This document shows, one piece after another, positions 47,190-60,059 of a stretch of 64,000 nucleotides of DNA (positions are counted from its first letter, which is position 1; each line of letters opens with the position of its first letter). The stretch spans positions 879,985 through 943,984 of the forward strand of contig MU057887.1 in assembly GCA_013265495.1 (NCBI GenBank), read 5' to 3'. Below the pieces are notes generated by a model that was not told the DNA's origin, did not search any database, and saw nothing but the letters and a program-made list of their open reading frames with translations. The position numbers and the translations under genes are program-made. This DNA is from Vicugna vicugna (lineage: Eukaryota).

Positions 47190-50100
47190 GAGCAAGAGGA
47201 ATGTTCCAGAAGTGAGGCCCTTTCCTCCCCAGGCCACAGCACAGAGGCACCTGATGCCGAGCAGCTGACCCAGAATCTGAACCACCGTCCTGGGCTCCTT
47301 GGACACCGCGAGGTTCTGACCTTTCACTCCCTCCTTTCTGCAAAGTGACCTCGGTCGGGAACTGGTCAAGTGGAACCCTCCCTGACCCAGGAGGGTCTGC
47401 CTGTGGCTGGCGAGGCCAGCACAGTCAGACCCCCAGCCGCGCCCCCTGTGCACACGCGGGGCCCCCGCCCAGGGAGAGAAGCTTACCGGTGCTCCCGGAG
47501 AAGCCCCCTGGGAGCCGCGCTCCTGCCGACCCGCGGGCCGGCGCACCTGGTCAGCGCGAGTGCCCCGGGCCCCCTGAGGCTCTGCCCCCCGCACTGGACC
47601 TGCAGTCCTGAGGCTCCATGTCCGTGGCCTCGGCGCTCACCCACCTGTCAGTGGAGACAAAGGGGGCATACGTGCAGGTGGGTATTTTCTATAGAAGCCT
47701 CAGAAAGTAAGTGCCTCGGCTCAACCATAGCAGAGGCAGCAGGAAGCAAACGCATTGCTCAGTCTGGGGTTTAGCCTTAGGTGAGCCCCCTCCCCCGCTC
47801 CCCCTCAACCCCCCACCTATAAACGGAGGGGCGCTTTGGACTCCAAGACACTGGAGAAGTTCAGCCACTGGGAGGGGTGCCGAGAGTGGTAGCCATAATC
47901 ACCCAATACCCAGCGTGATTTTGGAATTCACCTTGGCTCAGCCCTGCGACAGGATGCAGCTCTGGGCACTGGTCTGTCACTGGCCCTGCCTCTTCCTAGC
48001 CCACCTGTCAAGCGGAGACGCTAGCGCCGACCTGCAGGACCGGCTGTGAAGGTTGGGTGGCGTCGTGCCTGTTAATCACGCGTTACTGTGGCTGGCAGGA
48101 CTTTCCAGCCACGTCCTCACCTACTGTTTGCCCTCTGCCAGTTCCAGGCCTCAGGGGACCTCTTTCTGCCAACTCCAGCTCCCTCTCCAGGCCTTGCAAG
48201 GGCCGGGCAGATGTCCGTGGCCACCCGGCTCAGGAGTGAGCCCCAGGTGGAGGGAGGGAGGAAGGGAAGACTCAGGGTGCTGCCGTCCCCTTCCACTCGG
48301 AGAATGTTCCCATGGCAACCCTGGCCTGTGGAGCCCCATTGGTGCCTCTGCACAAAATGCTGCAGATGACGCTTGGCCGGCCTTGCCGCTGGCCCTCCTC
48401 GCCCATCTTTCAAAGGTGTGCATTTGTCTTATCTCCCCTTGGAATATGTCAGACACGTTTGAACAGAATCACTTCTAACAGTGACTTCCTCAAAGCCAAC
48501 ACTGAGGCACAAAGACATCCCGCCCCCGCCCCAGCAAAGCAACCCACAGGGTCTTTTTACAGAAAAGGCTCCACTCTCTTCGAGAACAGATGTGCTTCTG
48601 GGATCCCGCCTGCCCCAGCAGGACAGATCGCCTTGGCGAGTGGATCAGATTCTAATTAGCACTAATTAGTGCTACGGCAACCTGTGAGACAGTCACCAGC
48701 AGCCAAGTCGCTCTCTGATTCAGAACATCAAAGGGAAAGGAACCTGAGCCGATGCTCTGTGAAATGCCTGTGTGTTTTCTGTCCCTTCCAGCTGGGCGAC
48801 CTTGGACCGGCTGCATCTGCAGAATGGGCTGTGGGGAGGTGGCGCTCACATCGCCCGGCCAGCTGCGCTCCGTGGCTGGGTCCTGGCCCCTGCTCATTCC
48901 AAGGGGATGCCACCTCAGTGCTGTGCACTGCAGGAGCATCCATGGGGAGACCGCAGAGGCAAATGCAGGGGAGGTGCTCGAGGACACACACCACACGGCT
49001 GAGAAGACACGGCTGCCGTCGGGCAGGAGCGAAGTTTCACCAAGGCCCTTCCCTGTGCCAGCTCTGTGCCGGGGCTGGGGGCCCATGGGTGGTACAGGAG
49101 GGGCTGCCACCTTCAGGGAGCTCGCAACCTTGGGGAGGTCGCAGTGCCAGGGGACTTGGGGCAAAATGGATCCCTTCTAGAAGAGATGGCAGAGGAGCTG
49201 GGGTGGGGCTGGGGAGACTGGCAGGTGGTACCCCTGGAGGAGGAAAGAGCCCGGGAAAAGGCACAGAGCAGCTGGCGCGCAGACCACCACTCTGCCAGCA
49301 GGCTGGGGAGGGGCTCTCCCCACTGCTGTGCCCCATCTTCCCCGAGTGCTCGGGGTCCTGGACCCAACCTGCCCGCTTCCCAGATCGGGTAACTCGGCAA
49401 CAAGGACCTGCTGAACTGCACTGAGCCTGGGAGGAAAGGGCGGTGGGGGGACCTTGACTAGAACCCAGACGCCTGGGCTCTGACTCCGTGGTCTTCCCAC
49501 AACACAGGGTCACAGATGGCCTTTGCTTCCTCCCCGGGGCTCTTGTTTGAAAAGGCTGATCGGTTTCTCATTGGGTTTCGTATTGATATTCTGAAAATCA
49601 TTGACACCACAGACAGAGTAAGTGTTGGGGACGCGCAGCCTCTAGGAATGAGTCCGGACGTTCCGAGGAGCCGTCAGTCCTCTCCCCAGGAGGGCCGCGC
49701 ACAGGCAAGGAGGCGCGTGGCCAGCAGGACAGCTCTGGGGTGGCTCTGGGTCGCTTCCTTGGGATGAGGGGACAGGTACAGCCACCTCCTGACACTGTGG
49801 TGACTGTATAGGAGTGGTGGCTTCTTGAGGCCCTGGGAACAGCCTGGAAGGGATCTGGTGTCAGAGGCCATTGGGGAAGGCAGGCCCCGTGGATCCAGCC
49901 ACCTGCGTTGACTTCCTGGGCCCAGGCCCCAAGCCATCCCTGCTGGCTTTTGGCAGCTCTGGGCAGTGACCAAGTCCCGGAGGTGGAGTGGAGGAGGCAG
50001 CTGAGTGCTGGAGAGAAGCTGTCTTCACTCAGAGCCCAGTGACACCTGTGACCTGCCCAGGGTCCGGCACTGGGAGGGGGCAGACTTGGCCTGGTTTGCT

Positions 50101-52274
50101 GGCCGCCCCTCTTCTCGGCGACAGTGTTGCTTTCGAACCAGGGCTTGTAGGACAGGAAGAGGGTAGAGGCTGGGAGAGCTTTACCTCCTGGCCCCTGGAG
50201 TGCGGGAGAGAACTCGCTGGCTGTGCCCTGTGTGTTTGGGGAGGAAAGTGCACAGGAACCATGGATTTCACTGATCTGCTAAGGACACGGGAAGACATTT
50301 CTCTCCTGCAGGATTTTTTTAAAGCACTATTTGGCTGGGTTTCTTCTTTCTTAATTGATTTCCGTTTGTGCAGGAGAGAACAGAAAAAATACTGTTTGAC
50401 TCTGCCCGGCCCCTCCCCCTGCGCAGTTCCGATGCGGCCGAGGAGGGGGGCAGCTGCCTGGAAGGGCCTCCTTTCAGGCCTGTGTGAATGAGCCGGAGCC
50501 GTCGTGACCCTGGTGCCCGCCCGGGACCGGACAGGTGGCCTGGGGACAATACCCACAGGCCCCTGGGCATCCCTCAGGGGTGATGGCAGGTGCTGGGGAT
50601 GGCAAGGGCCAGGGACCACCCCGGGGAGAGAGTGCTTGAGGCAGCCAGGGTTCCTGGGGGCCAAGGGGGCCCCTGCTGAGTGCAGACGCCCTGAGACCCC
50701 ATTCAGAGCATGGGCCTTGTTCTCCCTGTGTCCCCTGCCGGGGCAGCCACAGATGTCCCAGTGCGGGGAAGTCTCTGCAGACACAAAGGCCCTGGTGGGG
50801 GCTGGTGCTGTGTTTTGTTTGGGTTTGGGTTTCTCGTGCCGAAGCCAGTGAAGCGAGGGAAGCCTCTGCTTAAACTTGACCGCCAGGCGGCTCCCAGCTG
50901 CCCCCTCAGCTGCCATCCCAAGATGGCTCAAGTGACCTTCCAGACCACTGGGATGTCCCCAGCTGGTGTTCCTGGGTGCCGCACTCCCAGGGGATGATGG
51001 CAGTAGGCGTGACGCGGGAACAACGGTGGCAGTAAACACGAGGGCTCCGTGGGAGTCTGTTAGAGATGGAAACTGAGGCTCAGTGAGGCCTCCAGCTTCA
51101 TGCAGCCCCATGGCTTCTAGGCCAGGAATTGAACCAGGCTTCCCCTGCTCCCTGGCTCTGTGCCTGTCTCTTGTGTGTCCCTGTGCTCAGCCTCACACTA
51201 GCACATCCTCAGGATGGGGAACCTGGACCACCCAGCTGCCAAGGCTCCAGCCAGCCCCATCCTCCCAGGGCCTGCGGCCGTGGAAACTGTCCACCCCCAG
51301 GCCAGACCTCCCTGGTGTCTGTCACTCCTTACAGGGATCCGTCCATTGCAGACTGTGACCAGAACTGCCCAAGACGGGCTTGTGAACCCGAGTGGATGGT
51401 CACCTCCACCCTGACGCACTGCCAGGACGGCCCAGGGTGAGGCTCCTGCTGAGGCCGGGCCACTGGCCTCTTGACTCCCCCCAGGCCCGTGTCGTACAGC
51501 CCACGGGGCAGGGAAGGTCAGGCTGCTCCCAGAGGTTCAACTAAGATGAGGAAACACCGGACACTGGAAGCTGGCAAACCCCCTCCAGACACAGCCCGCC
51601 CTCCTGATCCCGGGAGGGGCCCACCTGCTCTGGCGGCTGAGGATGTTGGGGGCCAACACCAGTTCCGGGACTACCCATTGTTCACATCCCTGGGCTGGGG
51701 TAGCTCTCAGACCAGGGGCCAACAGACTGACCAGCACACACCTTGTGTTCAACAAGTTGGCCAAAGTGGCCAAGGAGGCCCCGGGAGCCTGGGGGTTCAG
51801 GTACTGGGGAGACAGCATTACCATGAGTAATAGAGAGAAACTCGGGAACAGAGAGGTTAACTAACTTTCCCAAAGACCCACAGCTATAAGTGAAAGAGCT
51901 AGTTCCTTGAAGCTGATGGATGAGGAGGGAGAGGATGCCCAGGGGACGAGGTCAGGGCAGGGAGGGAGGCCCAGGAACGGAAGTGGGGGGGAGGCGGCTG
52001 GTGCGTGTGGTGGGTGGGAGCCAATGCTGGGGGCCCGGCTTCGACCTGGGGAGCCTGGCTTTCCAGAGGCAGAACGTAGGCCCTGTTCCATCGGCAGAGG
52101 GGAGAGAGGAATGGCATCTCCCCGTGTTTCAGGCACGGCCTCATCACCGGGGCTCCTCCCCATAGCCCTCTCCTTATTCCTGCAGCCTCCACATCCACGG
52201 CCGGCAGAGCGCTCCCCTGACGTCGCCCACGCTGCCCTGCCTCCCTCACTCCTGCTGGTGGTCTTCAGGTGGCC

Positions 52275-52570
52275 AAGAATAATAGAGTTGTTGATGATAA
52301 TACTCATCACCGCCATTACTGGGCACGTGGGACACGCCAGGCCCTGTGCTGGGACGTGCAGGCCTGGGCTCGCTGCCTTCGCCCTGCTCTTAGCTGTTCT
52401 GGCCCCCAGATCTCCTGGCGTTGCCTCCAATGGGTACTGGGGTTGGTCTGTGCACACCTTCCCTCACCTGCAACAGCCTTATCCCGATTTTGCAGATGAT
52501 AAACTGAGGCACAGAGAGGCTAAGAAACTTGCCTGGGGCCCCAGAGCTGACAAGTGTCGGAGATCCAAAC
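52275..52570 (-). mobile_element. MIR SINE
   Basis: 'tatcccgattttgcagatgataaactgaggcacagagaggctaagaaacttgcctggggcc'. Confidence 0.8.
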
Positions 52571-55039
52571 TCCTAAGAGATCTCCGGAAGCCCTACTCTG
52601 CACCAGGCCCTGGCGGGGTGACGGGCCAGTGTCTGTGTTCAGGTACAGAAGACTTGCTGTCATAGCCTGTGGGTGCAGCCCGGGGCGCCTCCCTCCTGCC
52701 CTCAGGGTGCCCTGAAAGCCCTCCGTCGTCCTGGTGAGCTAGCCCCTAGAGCTCACCCGCGATGGCCCAGGTACGTGGTGCTGCTCAGACTGGTCCCTCC
52801 CTGGGCTGAGCGGCCTGTAGCCAGGGGCACTTCCTCCCCACGCCGTGGGCACCCGCCAGCCCCTGGGACCCGCTGCTCTGTAATTTCAGATGTCGCTGGG
52901 CATGTGTGTGTTATCGGGTGATGCTTAAATCCTAACCTTTACAAAAGCAAACCCAAGTAAGTACATATTTGGGAACCATAATTCCAAGCTTGGAGGCGTC
53001 ACTTGAGGCGGACAGGGAGTGTGGCGTCATGACCGCTAACCGGGCTCCTCCGTGTCCTTGGGTTTGACAGCGTCTGCTTCGGTCAAGAGGGAACTCCTGA
53101 TACCAACGCCTGCCCAGCCTGAGGTCCGGCCCACATCGCTTCACAGTCCAGTGAGACTCCCAAAGCCAGCTCCCAAAGCAGCGTCTGATCACTGGCCAAG
53201 CCTGGGTCACCAGGGCCAGATGTTGGACGCAGGTGAACAGCAATCTCCTTCCTCGATGAGCCCAGAGGAGTGAGACGCCTGACGGCCGGGGCCATTAAAG
53301 GCTCAAATGAGTGCATATCGGGGCCAGGGCCTGGGGAGGCCTGGGTATGCCTTGGCCCTCAGCTAAGCCCTAGAGAGAGCGGGGGGTCCTGACGGGGGAC
53401 ACACTGTTCAAGGACCTCGCGCTGCAGGAACAGCAGGGAAAGGCACGGCCGTGCCACTTTCAAGAACAGTGTGTGAAGCAGACACCGGGCTCATGTCCTC
53501 TGCATTCTGTGGGCCATGGGGAGCTATGGGAGGTGTTGGAGGAAGCAGAACATGTTATAGGAGAAGTGAAAACAACCTAGAACAAGTTACGATGTTGTTC
53601 CCAACCTTATGTCATGGTGTGGAGGGCCGGGACAGGGCTCTTGATCCAGACTGGCCCCCACCCAGAAGACCCTGGCAAACCACGGACCCTGGGGCCTCCC
53701 TTGTGTTCACTGCACAAGGGGTGAGGCTTGTGCAGGCAGTGAGTGCTGCCCACTGCCCTGCTCCAGGGCCCCTCGGTCTCCTGCTCCCCCCACTCCTCAT
53801 GCTCATCCTGCAGGGTGTCCCCTCTGTCCCCGACTGTCCCCACTGCCACCACCATCGGCCTCGAGGTCTCCCTGCTTGTCGGCCCACCCCTGATGTGAAT
53901 TGGGGGACCCGCCCAGGGGTTGGGGAGGGGAGCCCAGGGGAGACCCCGCCTCCAGTCTGGACAGGATCTGCCCAATTTTGCTGACTATGATGAGGCCCCC
54001 GACCCCCAGACTCCAGCTCCCAAAGGCTGGGAAACAAAGGCTGCGCCCAGCGGTGACCAGCAGTGACCGAGCATTCCGGGCCGCTCACTTGTTCTCTCCA
54101 AACACATTAGAGAGCTTTTGGGAATTTACGCTCCCTCCACCCTCATCGTCCACAAAACAAATGCCATCCCCAGGCGGCTCCAGGCCGGCAGGCTTAGCTG
54201 AGCGCCCACCACGGGTCCCAGCCTCCAGGAGCTGGACCATCCGCAGAGTCTGGGAGCAATAGCCAATCCCCCACCTCGAAGGGGACAGAGGGGACCCAAC
54301 TCACAGAGAGGCGTGCAGGGCCAGCTGCCTCCTCGTCCAGGGTAGCTCTGCTCCCTGTGTGCACCCAGCACCTGTGGACTCACATGTCTGCCCATGCTGC
54401 CCACAGAGGAGGCCCCGGGAGACTCTGCTTCAGGGTCGGGGGGTTGCCGTCAGACCTCTCCCAGCGGGCACACGGGGTTGGAAGGGAAGGAGTGGGCACA
54501 GAGGACTCCAGAGCCCATCTTCCACATGGGCCTTGTGTAACCCCTTGCCCCACCTGACCCACCTCACCCTCCTTCCTGCTTCCTCCCTGCAGGTCACTCC
54601 ATCCCACATGTAGACGTGATGTGCTGTCTCTCCTCCAGGACTTTGCCCATGTTGGTCCCATTCTGGACACGCTCTCCCCTCTTTTCATCAGCCACGCTGA
54701 CGTGTGCCCATTCTATACATTTAGCGCAAATGCTTCCTCCTCCATGATGCCCTCCTTGACTGCACCTATATGCAGTGAGGCTGGTGCTGGGGGCCAGTCA
54801 GACTTCAAGGGCAGGGACCATGTTCTGATCATCTTGGGATCCTTAGCCCTGGACCCTGGATCCAAGGCCTGGTCTGTTGCAAGACCTTGGGAAAGTTTGC
54901 TGAGTCCGGTGGGATATCCAGAGCCTAGGCAGAGGCCGTGAAGCATGCTGAGGTCTCCTCCCTGCCTCCTCATAGAAGGTGTCTCTGATACCCTTGGCCA
55001 AGTCCCTGAGGGTTCTGGACTGTTTGGAGGGCAAGGTAC

Positions 55040-55240
55040 CATTCACTGAGCACCTGCTACAGACCAAGGGCTAAGCTAGGGGATTTGTATAGATGATGTC
55101 ATTTCTGGCTGTTCACAGCAGGCTTGCGGAGTGTGTATCATCAATGTCACTTGTCACTTGTCACTTTCCAGTTGGGGAAGTGGAGGCTCAGTTGCCAAAT
55201 GATGCAGAAACTCCACAGAAGCAGAGACCTGAACCCAGGG
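55040..55240 (-). mobile_element. MIR SINE
   Basis: 'cattcactgagcacctgctacagaccaagg...atgtcatttc...ggggaagtggaggctcag'. Confidence 0.6.
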
Positions 55241-55337
55241 CTGCCCAAAGGGGGCCGCCAGGGCCTGGCGGGGGCTGGAACCCAGACAGGCCTCTCAGGG
55301 CCTGTTCAGCGGTGGAGGCGCCTGGCTGGCCCTGATC

Positions 55338-55364
55338 TACACACACACACACACACACACACAC
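55338..55364. repeat. (CA)n microsatellite
   Basis: tacacacacacacacacacacacacac. Confidence 0.95.
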
Positions 55365-58159
55365 GTATGCACTGGCACAAACTCACACCCGTTCACTCCT
55401 GACCTTCTGAGTGCCCGGCTGTGCCCTCCTGGCGCCCCACAGACCTCGGTCAGGCCTTTAGTCACATCCTGGCGGAAGACCGTGGCCGGAGCCTGGTGGC
55501 CAGGGACGGGCGGGCACCACCTGACGGGGGACGGATCAGCCGAGTTGCTTCCTCATCAGAAATGCACCCTCCCAGCTGGGGTGAAGCCAGGCCTGTCGGC
55601 AGCAGGCCGGGCCCCTGTGGCTGTTTCTCATACTCCCACGGACACCACATGCTCTTGGCCGAGGACAAAGCTGATGGGACCCAGATGGGAGCTGGGGCAG
55701 GCTTCAGAGGGCTGTGCAGGCCGGGCGAGGCTGGGGGCTCCACCTCTTGGTTTCGGGGCCCTGCTCTGCCTCAAGGGGGATGACACCAACCCTGGCCAAG
55801 GCCCAGGGGCCTTCTCAGCAGGCCACACACCGGTGTCCAATGTGCTCCCTGGGCCACCAGGTGGGCTCTGTGCTGGGGTGAGCCCGCCCCACCTACAGGG
55901 ACAGTGCAAGGACTCCCGCAGAGGCAGGGGGGTCTCAGGGTCAGCTGTGGGCTGGGATTAGTCAAGGCGGCCGTCAGGTTTGGTGAATAGGGCCCACCTG
56001 GTCCTGGGCCTGGCCCTGGTTCTCCCAGGCCCTCCCAGCCTCAGTTTCTGTGGGTGTAAGTGAAGCGATGCCCACGGGCAGTTCTGAGGAGCCGGTGAGG
56101 TAATTCTGGTGTGTGAAGGGGCTGTCTGAGGCCTGGGAGCTCAGGCCCCTTTCTCCAGGACGTATCCTGCTGGTGTCTGGATCCCCCTCCATAGTGGGAC
56201 AGTCCCCCTGCTGGCCCGGGGCTCCACTCTCCTCCCAGCTCACCCTGACTGCCCGCTGCCACCACCACCATCTCCCACCTCGACTGCATGCAATCCTGAA
56301 CCATCCGCGGCCGCCTCCCACTGGCCTTCCCTGATCAGGACTGGGCCTCCCCATTCGAGCTCCTTCTCAGGACAGCCTCGAGAAAGCTGCTTAAAATGCA
56401 GGGAGGAGCCGGTCACCCTGCACGCTCATTTCTAGTCAAACGCCAACCTCCCACCTCTGTGACCTCAGTGCTTGTGGGCACCCCTGCCCTCTGCCGGGCC
56501 CACGCGGACCCACCTTCCAGAGCCCCTCCTTCCTTCTGTCCCTGTCTGCTCCTCCTTCCCTTGAAGATGCCCTGGGCCTAAGGGGGAAGCACCTTCCTTG
56601 CCCCGACGTCTTCCTGACCTTGGGTTGAGGCTCCCTAAGGCCCTGGGACCACGGGCACAGACGCGGGGGCTGCCTGCTTGTCATGGGCCCAAGGCACAGT
56701 CTCAGACCCTGAGGCACAGCCTGGGGAGCCAGGCCAGAGGCCGTTGAGCTGGGCTTGGCTCTGCAGGTCGTACTTCCCGCTGGGGTCCCCTCCACTTGCA
56801 GGCACTCCGTCTGCCCGGCCTTTCCTGCATCTCAGGCCTCGCTCTAATCCCCACAGGCCTGGCATTCAGCCTGTGGTCATTCTATGGCCACTCATACCTG
56901 GGGCAGAGCTGGGATCCGGAAAACAGAATGGTGAGGTTGAGGGGGCTCTCAGCCCAGCTCCGTGTGCCTGTCACCCAGCCCCTGAGGGCTGCAGCCCTGA
57001 AGACAGTCACCCCCCACCTGCCCGCCCCACACACACCTTCTTTCTAAGAGGTCAGTTTTGGCCCGTTGCCGGCTGGGCCCCCCTGAGGGGCTGCTGGCTG
57101 CTGCACTGGGAGGCCTTGCCCGCCCGGGCGTGGGGAGGCCAGCCCCGCTATGTCCAGCATGCGCGGCCAGGCCTTGGGGCAGACTGGGTGGCTGCTGATG
57201 GCAGTGGGAGCCTGGGAGATCTGTCGGCGTCCCTGTCAGGCCTCCTCTGGGGGTGACCTTGCAGCCCTGAGAGCCGTCCCATTCCCAGGACGGAGAGGGC
57301 CAGGGGCAGGTCGGCTCCTGCCATTTTGTCCCCAACCTGACCACTCTGGGCAGGGCCAGCTGGCGGGAGGCTCTGGTGGGGGCCCCGCACCCCTCCTGCC
57401 CCCCCCCACCACCGTGACTAAAGCCTGGGCCCCGGCCCCCGCCCCGTTGACTCTGCGGGCTTTGTCCGCCAGCCCTTTCTTTCTCTGCCGGACCATGGAA
57501 AAGGCCACGTCAGCGCCCGCTTTGTCTGCCCTGCACGCCCCGCTGTTCTCAGGCTGCACAAAGCCGGCCCGTTCACAGCCGCCCGGGCGGATAGAGCGAT
57601 TCAGTGTTTGGATAATTCAACCACAAAAAGCATGCGGCCCTTTCGCCTCCATCAGCTGGACCCAGCAGCCCCGCCCCGAGCAGCCTCGCAGGGCTCTCTG
57701 GAGAGGAGATTCCCACAGGCCCCCAGGGCGGCGCCAGCCCTGGAGATGCAGCGGCTTTGGCCCCCGACAGCCCCGTCCGCACCCCAGGGCTGGCCCTGAG
57801 GCCCGGGGCTCGATCCCCCTGGAACAGGGCGGCAGTGGTGGGCGTTCTCTCTGTTACCCGACATGGGTCTCTGGGCAAGCTGCTCCCTCCCACTGGCTGC
57901 GGCTGAGTTTCTAATCTGCAAAAATCGGGGCTAAACTTTGCGGGCTTGAGGATGTCAGCCCTTACCTACACCCACAGGCCTCTCTGTGCCCAGCAGACAG
58001 CGTGACAGTACCGGCCCCACACACAAGGGAGCAGAGGAGAGGCGTTGGGACGCATGCAGTACTCAGGCTGCCATAGAGAGAAAGGGAGCTGGCGCTGGGC
58101 CCGGAGGATTACATCTGACACTTCCTCCCTCGTGACCCCATCAGCCCCAGACCACGTTC

Positions 58160-58740
58160 GTTTCTCAAGTGAGGACCTCACCCCTGAACTCACCATCCTC
58201 CCCTGCTCTGACTCCAGCCCTCCCCGTCTCACTCAGCAGATAGGCCTCCTTCTTCCCAAGGGCTCAGACCAAAACCTCAGACCTCCCTGCCTCCTCTTTC
58301 TCTCACCCCACAGTCCATCCATCAGCAAGTTCTATTGGCTCTACCTTTAAAAGGGGTCTGGAATCGACTGCTCCCAGTTCCCACCCCATCCCCTGGTCCC
58401 AGCCACCGCCGTCTGGCCCCTGGAGGCTGCAGCAGCCCCTGCTCCTCGCTTCCTCCGTGCCCCCTCAGTCTCCCCGGCTCCCCAGCCTTGGCCAGCAGGA
58501 GATGATCATAAGCTTTGCATGGGTCCCCTTGTGCTACAGTGGTGATCGGTCCCTCCTACCTCAGCTGCTCTGCGGGCCCCCGAGAGCGACACTTCCTCTT
58601 TGGTTTATTTCCCATCCCCACGATGGAGTGGCAAGTCTGGGTGGCCCTTGCTCACTGGTCTGTCTTTCTCACTGCTGGTCCCTGGCACCCAGCAGACCTG
58701 CACCGTCATGCAGTTGACAGATGTTGAGAAGTGAGTGCCT
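58160..58740 (+). mobile_element. L2 fragment
   Basis: 'cagtccatccatcagcaagttctattggctctacctttaaaa' and end 'cctggcacccagcagacctg...gttgacagatgttgagaagtgagtg'. Confidence 0.7.
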
Positions 58741-60059
58741 CCTCCAGTGGGGGACCTAGGGATGCTGAGGGCCTCCAGGCCTGCTCCAGCCCCAGTCCCT
58801 CCCTTGCTCTCATGACCGCAGTTTCCCTATCTCTGAGATGGGCACTAACCCCTCTGCCTCCCCCGCCACAGCCTGGGCCCTGGGGACTTTGAGGCCAGTC
58901 ACTGCACCCATAGTAGCCATCTCATCTGCTGGACTATCCAGGAAACCACTGTAGCTCTTGTTTCTAGGCAGAGAGACCGAGGCCCAGAGAAGAGAAGGGC
59001 TGCTGCAGGGCCCCAAGACCTGGATGGAGTGACCCTCAGCACACGAAGCAGCCTCCCAAGAGCCACCTGTGCCTGAAGAAGCCTCTCTGAGCACCGTGGG
59101 GACTGGTTCTCCCACCCGCTCCTAGGCCTCCCCGTCTGGGCCTGGCCCTGGGCAGCTGTGGTCTGGGGGCTGAGGTGAGCAGGACCTGGGCCTCACAGGG
59201 TCTGAAGTGGTGTGAGCAGCCCCCGGGCTCGGCAGACCCTCCCAGGACCCTGTCCCTTCCTACACTGTGTGCCCCAGGCCCCAGGGCAGCAGCTCCTGGC
59301 AGCGGGAAAGGGGCATCCTGCAGGTCAGTGACCTCATTGTACAAGTGGGGAAACTGAGGCAGGGGGCAGGGCACAGCTGGAGGCTGAACAGCGGGACAGT
59401 GGCACCCCACCGGTGAGAAACCCAGAAGCCACCCTATGGACTGGGCCCTCTGCTGGGCCAGGTCTCCAAGTGCTCTCACTGCATGGTGACTGCCCAGTGG
59501 TTCCCCAACTCTGGAGGCACATGAGCTGGACCACAAAAGGGCTCAGTGGTCTTGGAGGTGCAGGGAACACAGCCCAGAGCACAGAGCTGTGAGTGTGGAG
59601 CCATGATGGTGGCATGCCAGGCTGTGGGAGAAGTGGCTTAGGAGCTGGGACGTCCCCAAGGAGCCACCACCTCCCAGCAGAACCTTGCAGGCCCCCTTCT
59701 CCACAGGCAGCAGTCCAGGGCGTGCCCTTGCCCTCCCCGCAGGAGGCAGGTGTGGCCAGACCCTGGGCTCTGTCCTCACTCATCTTGTGTGAGGCACCCA
59801 CACACTCAAAGCCTCAGTTTTCCCACTGCTCTCTAAGTCCTAGCACTGTGCTCTGATCCGCAGGTGGCGATGAGTCAGTGAAAGTAGCCCAGGGGTCTGC
59901 ACGGGGCCCACCTCTCAGTCTTTGGTCCCCCGGAGCTGACTGGCCTGGGAAGGGCATAGGAGTGGGTTATCAGAGCCGCTGGCGCGAGTCCTGTGGTTGG
60001 GGCTGCAGCCACCCTGACTTGGGACACCTGGGGGCCGACCATCCTCGCTCCCCCAACAT

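Noticed and set aside
50029..51111. 360-aa minus-strand ORF, the longest in the track
   Set aside because: Pro/Gly/Ala/Ser-rich with no recognisable domain, and it begins in a MIR fragment. Long stop-free frames are expected at this GC content.
51907..52665. 252-aa ORF with hydrophobic, membrane-like stretches
   Set aside because: The hydrophobic part is translated from a reverse-strand MIR (52275-52570), so it is not credible as a membrane protein.
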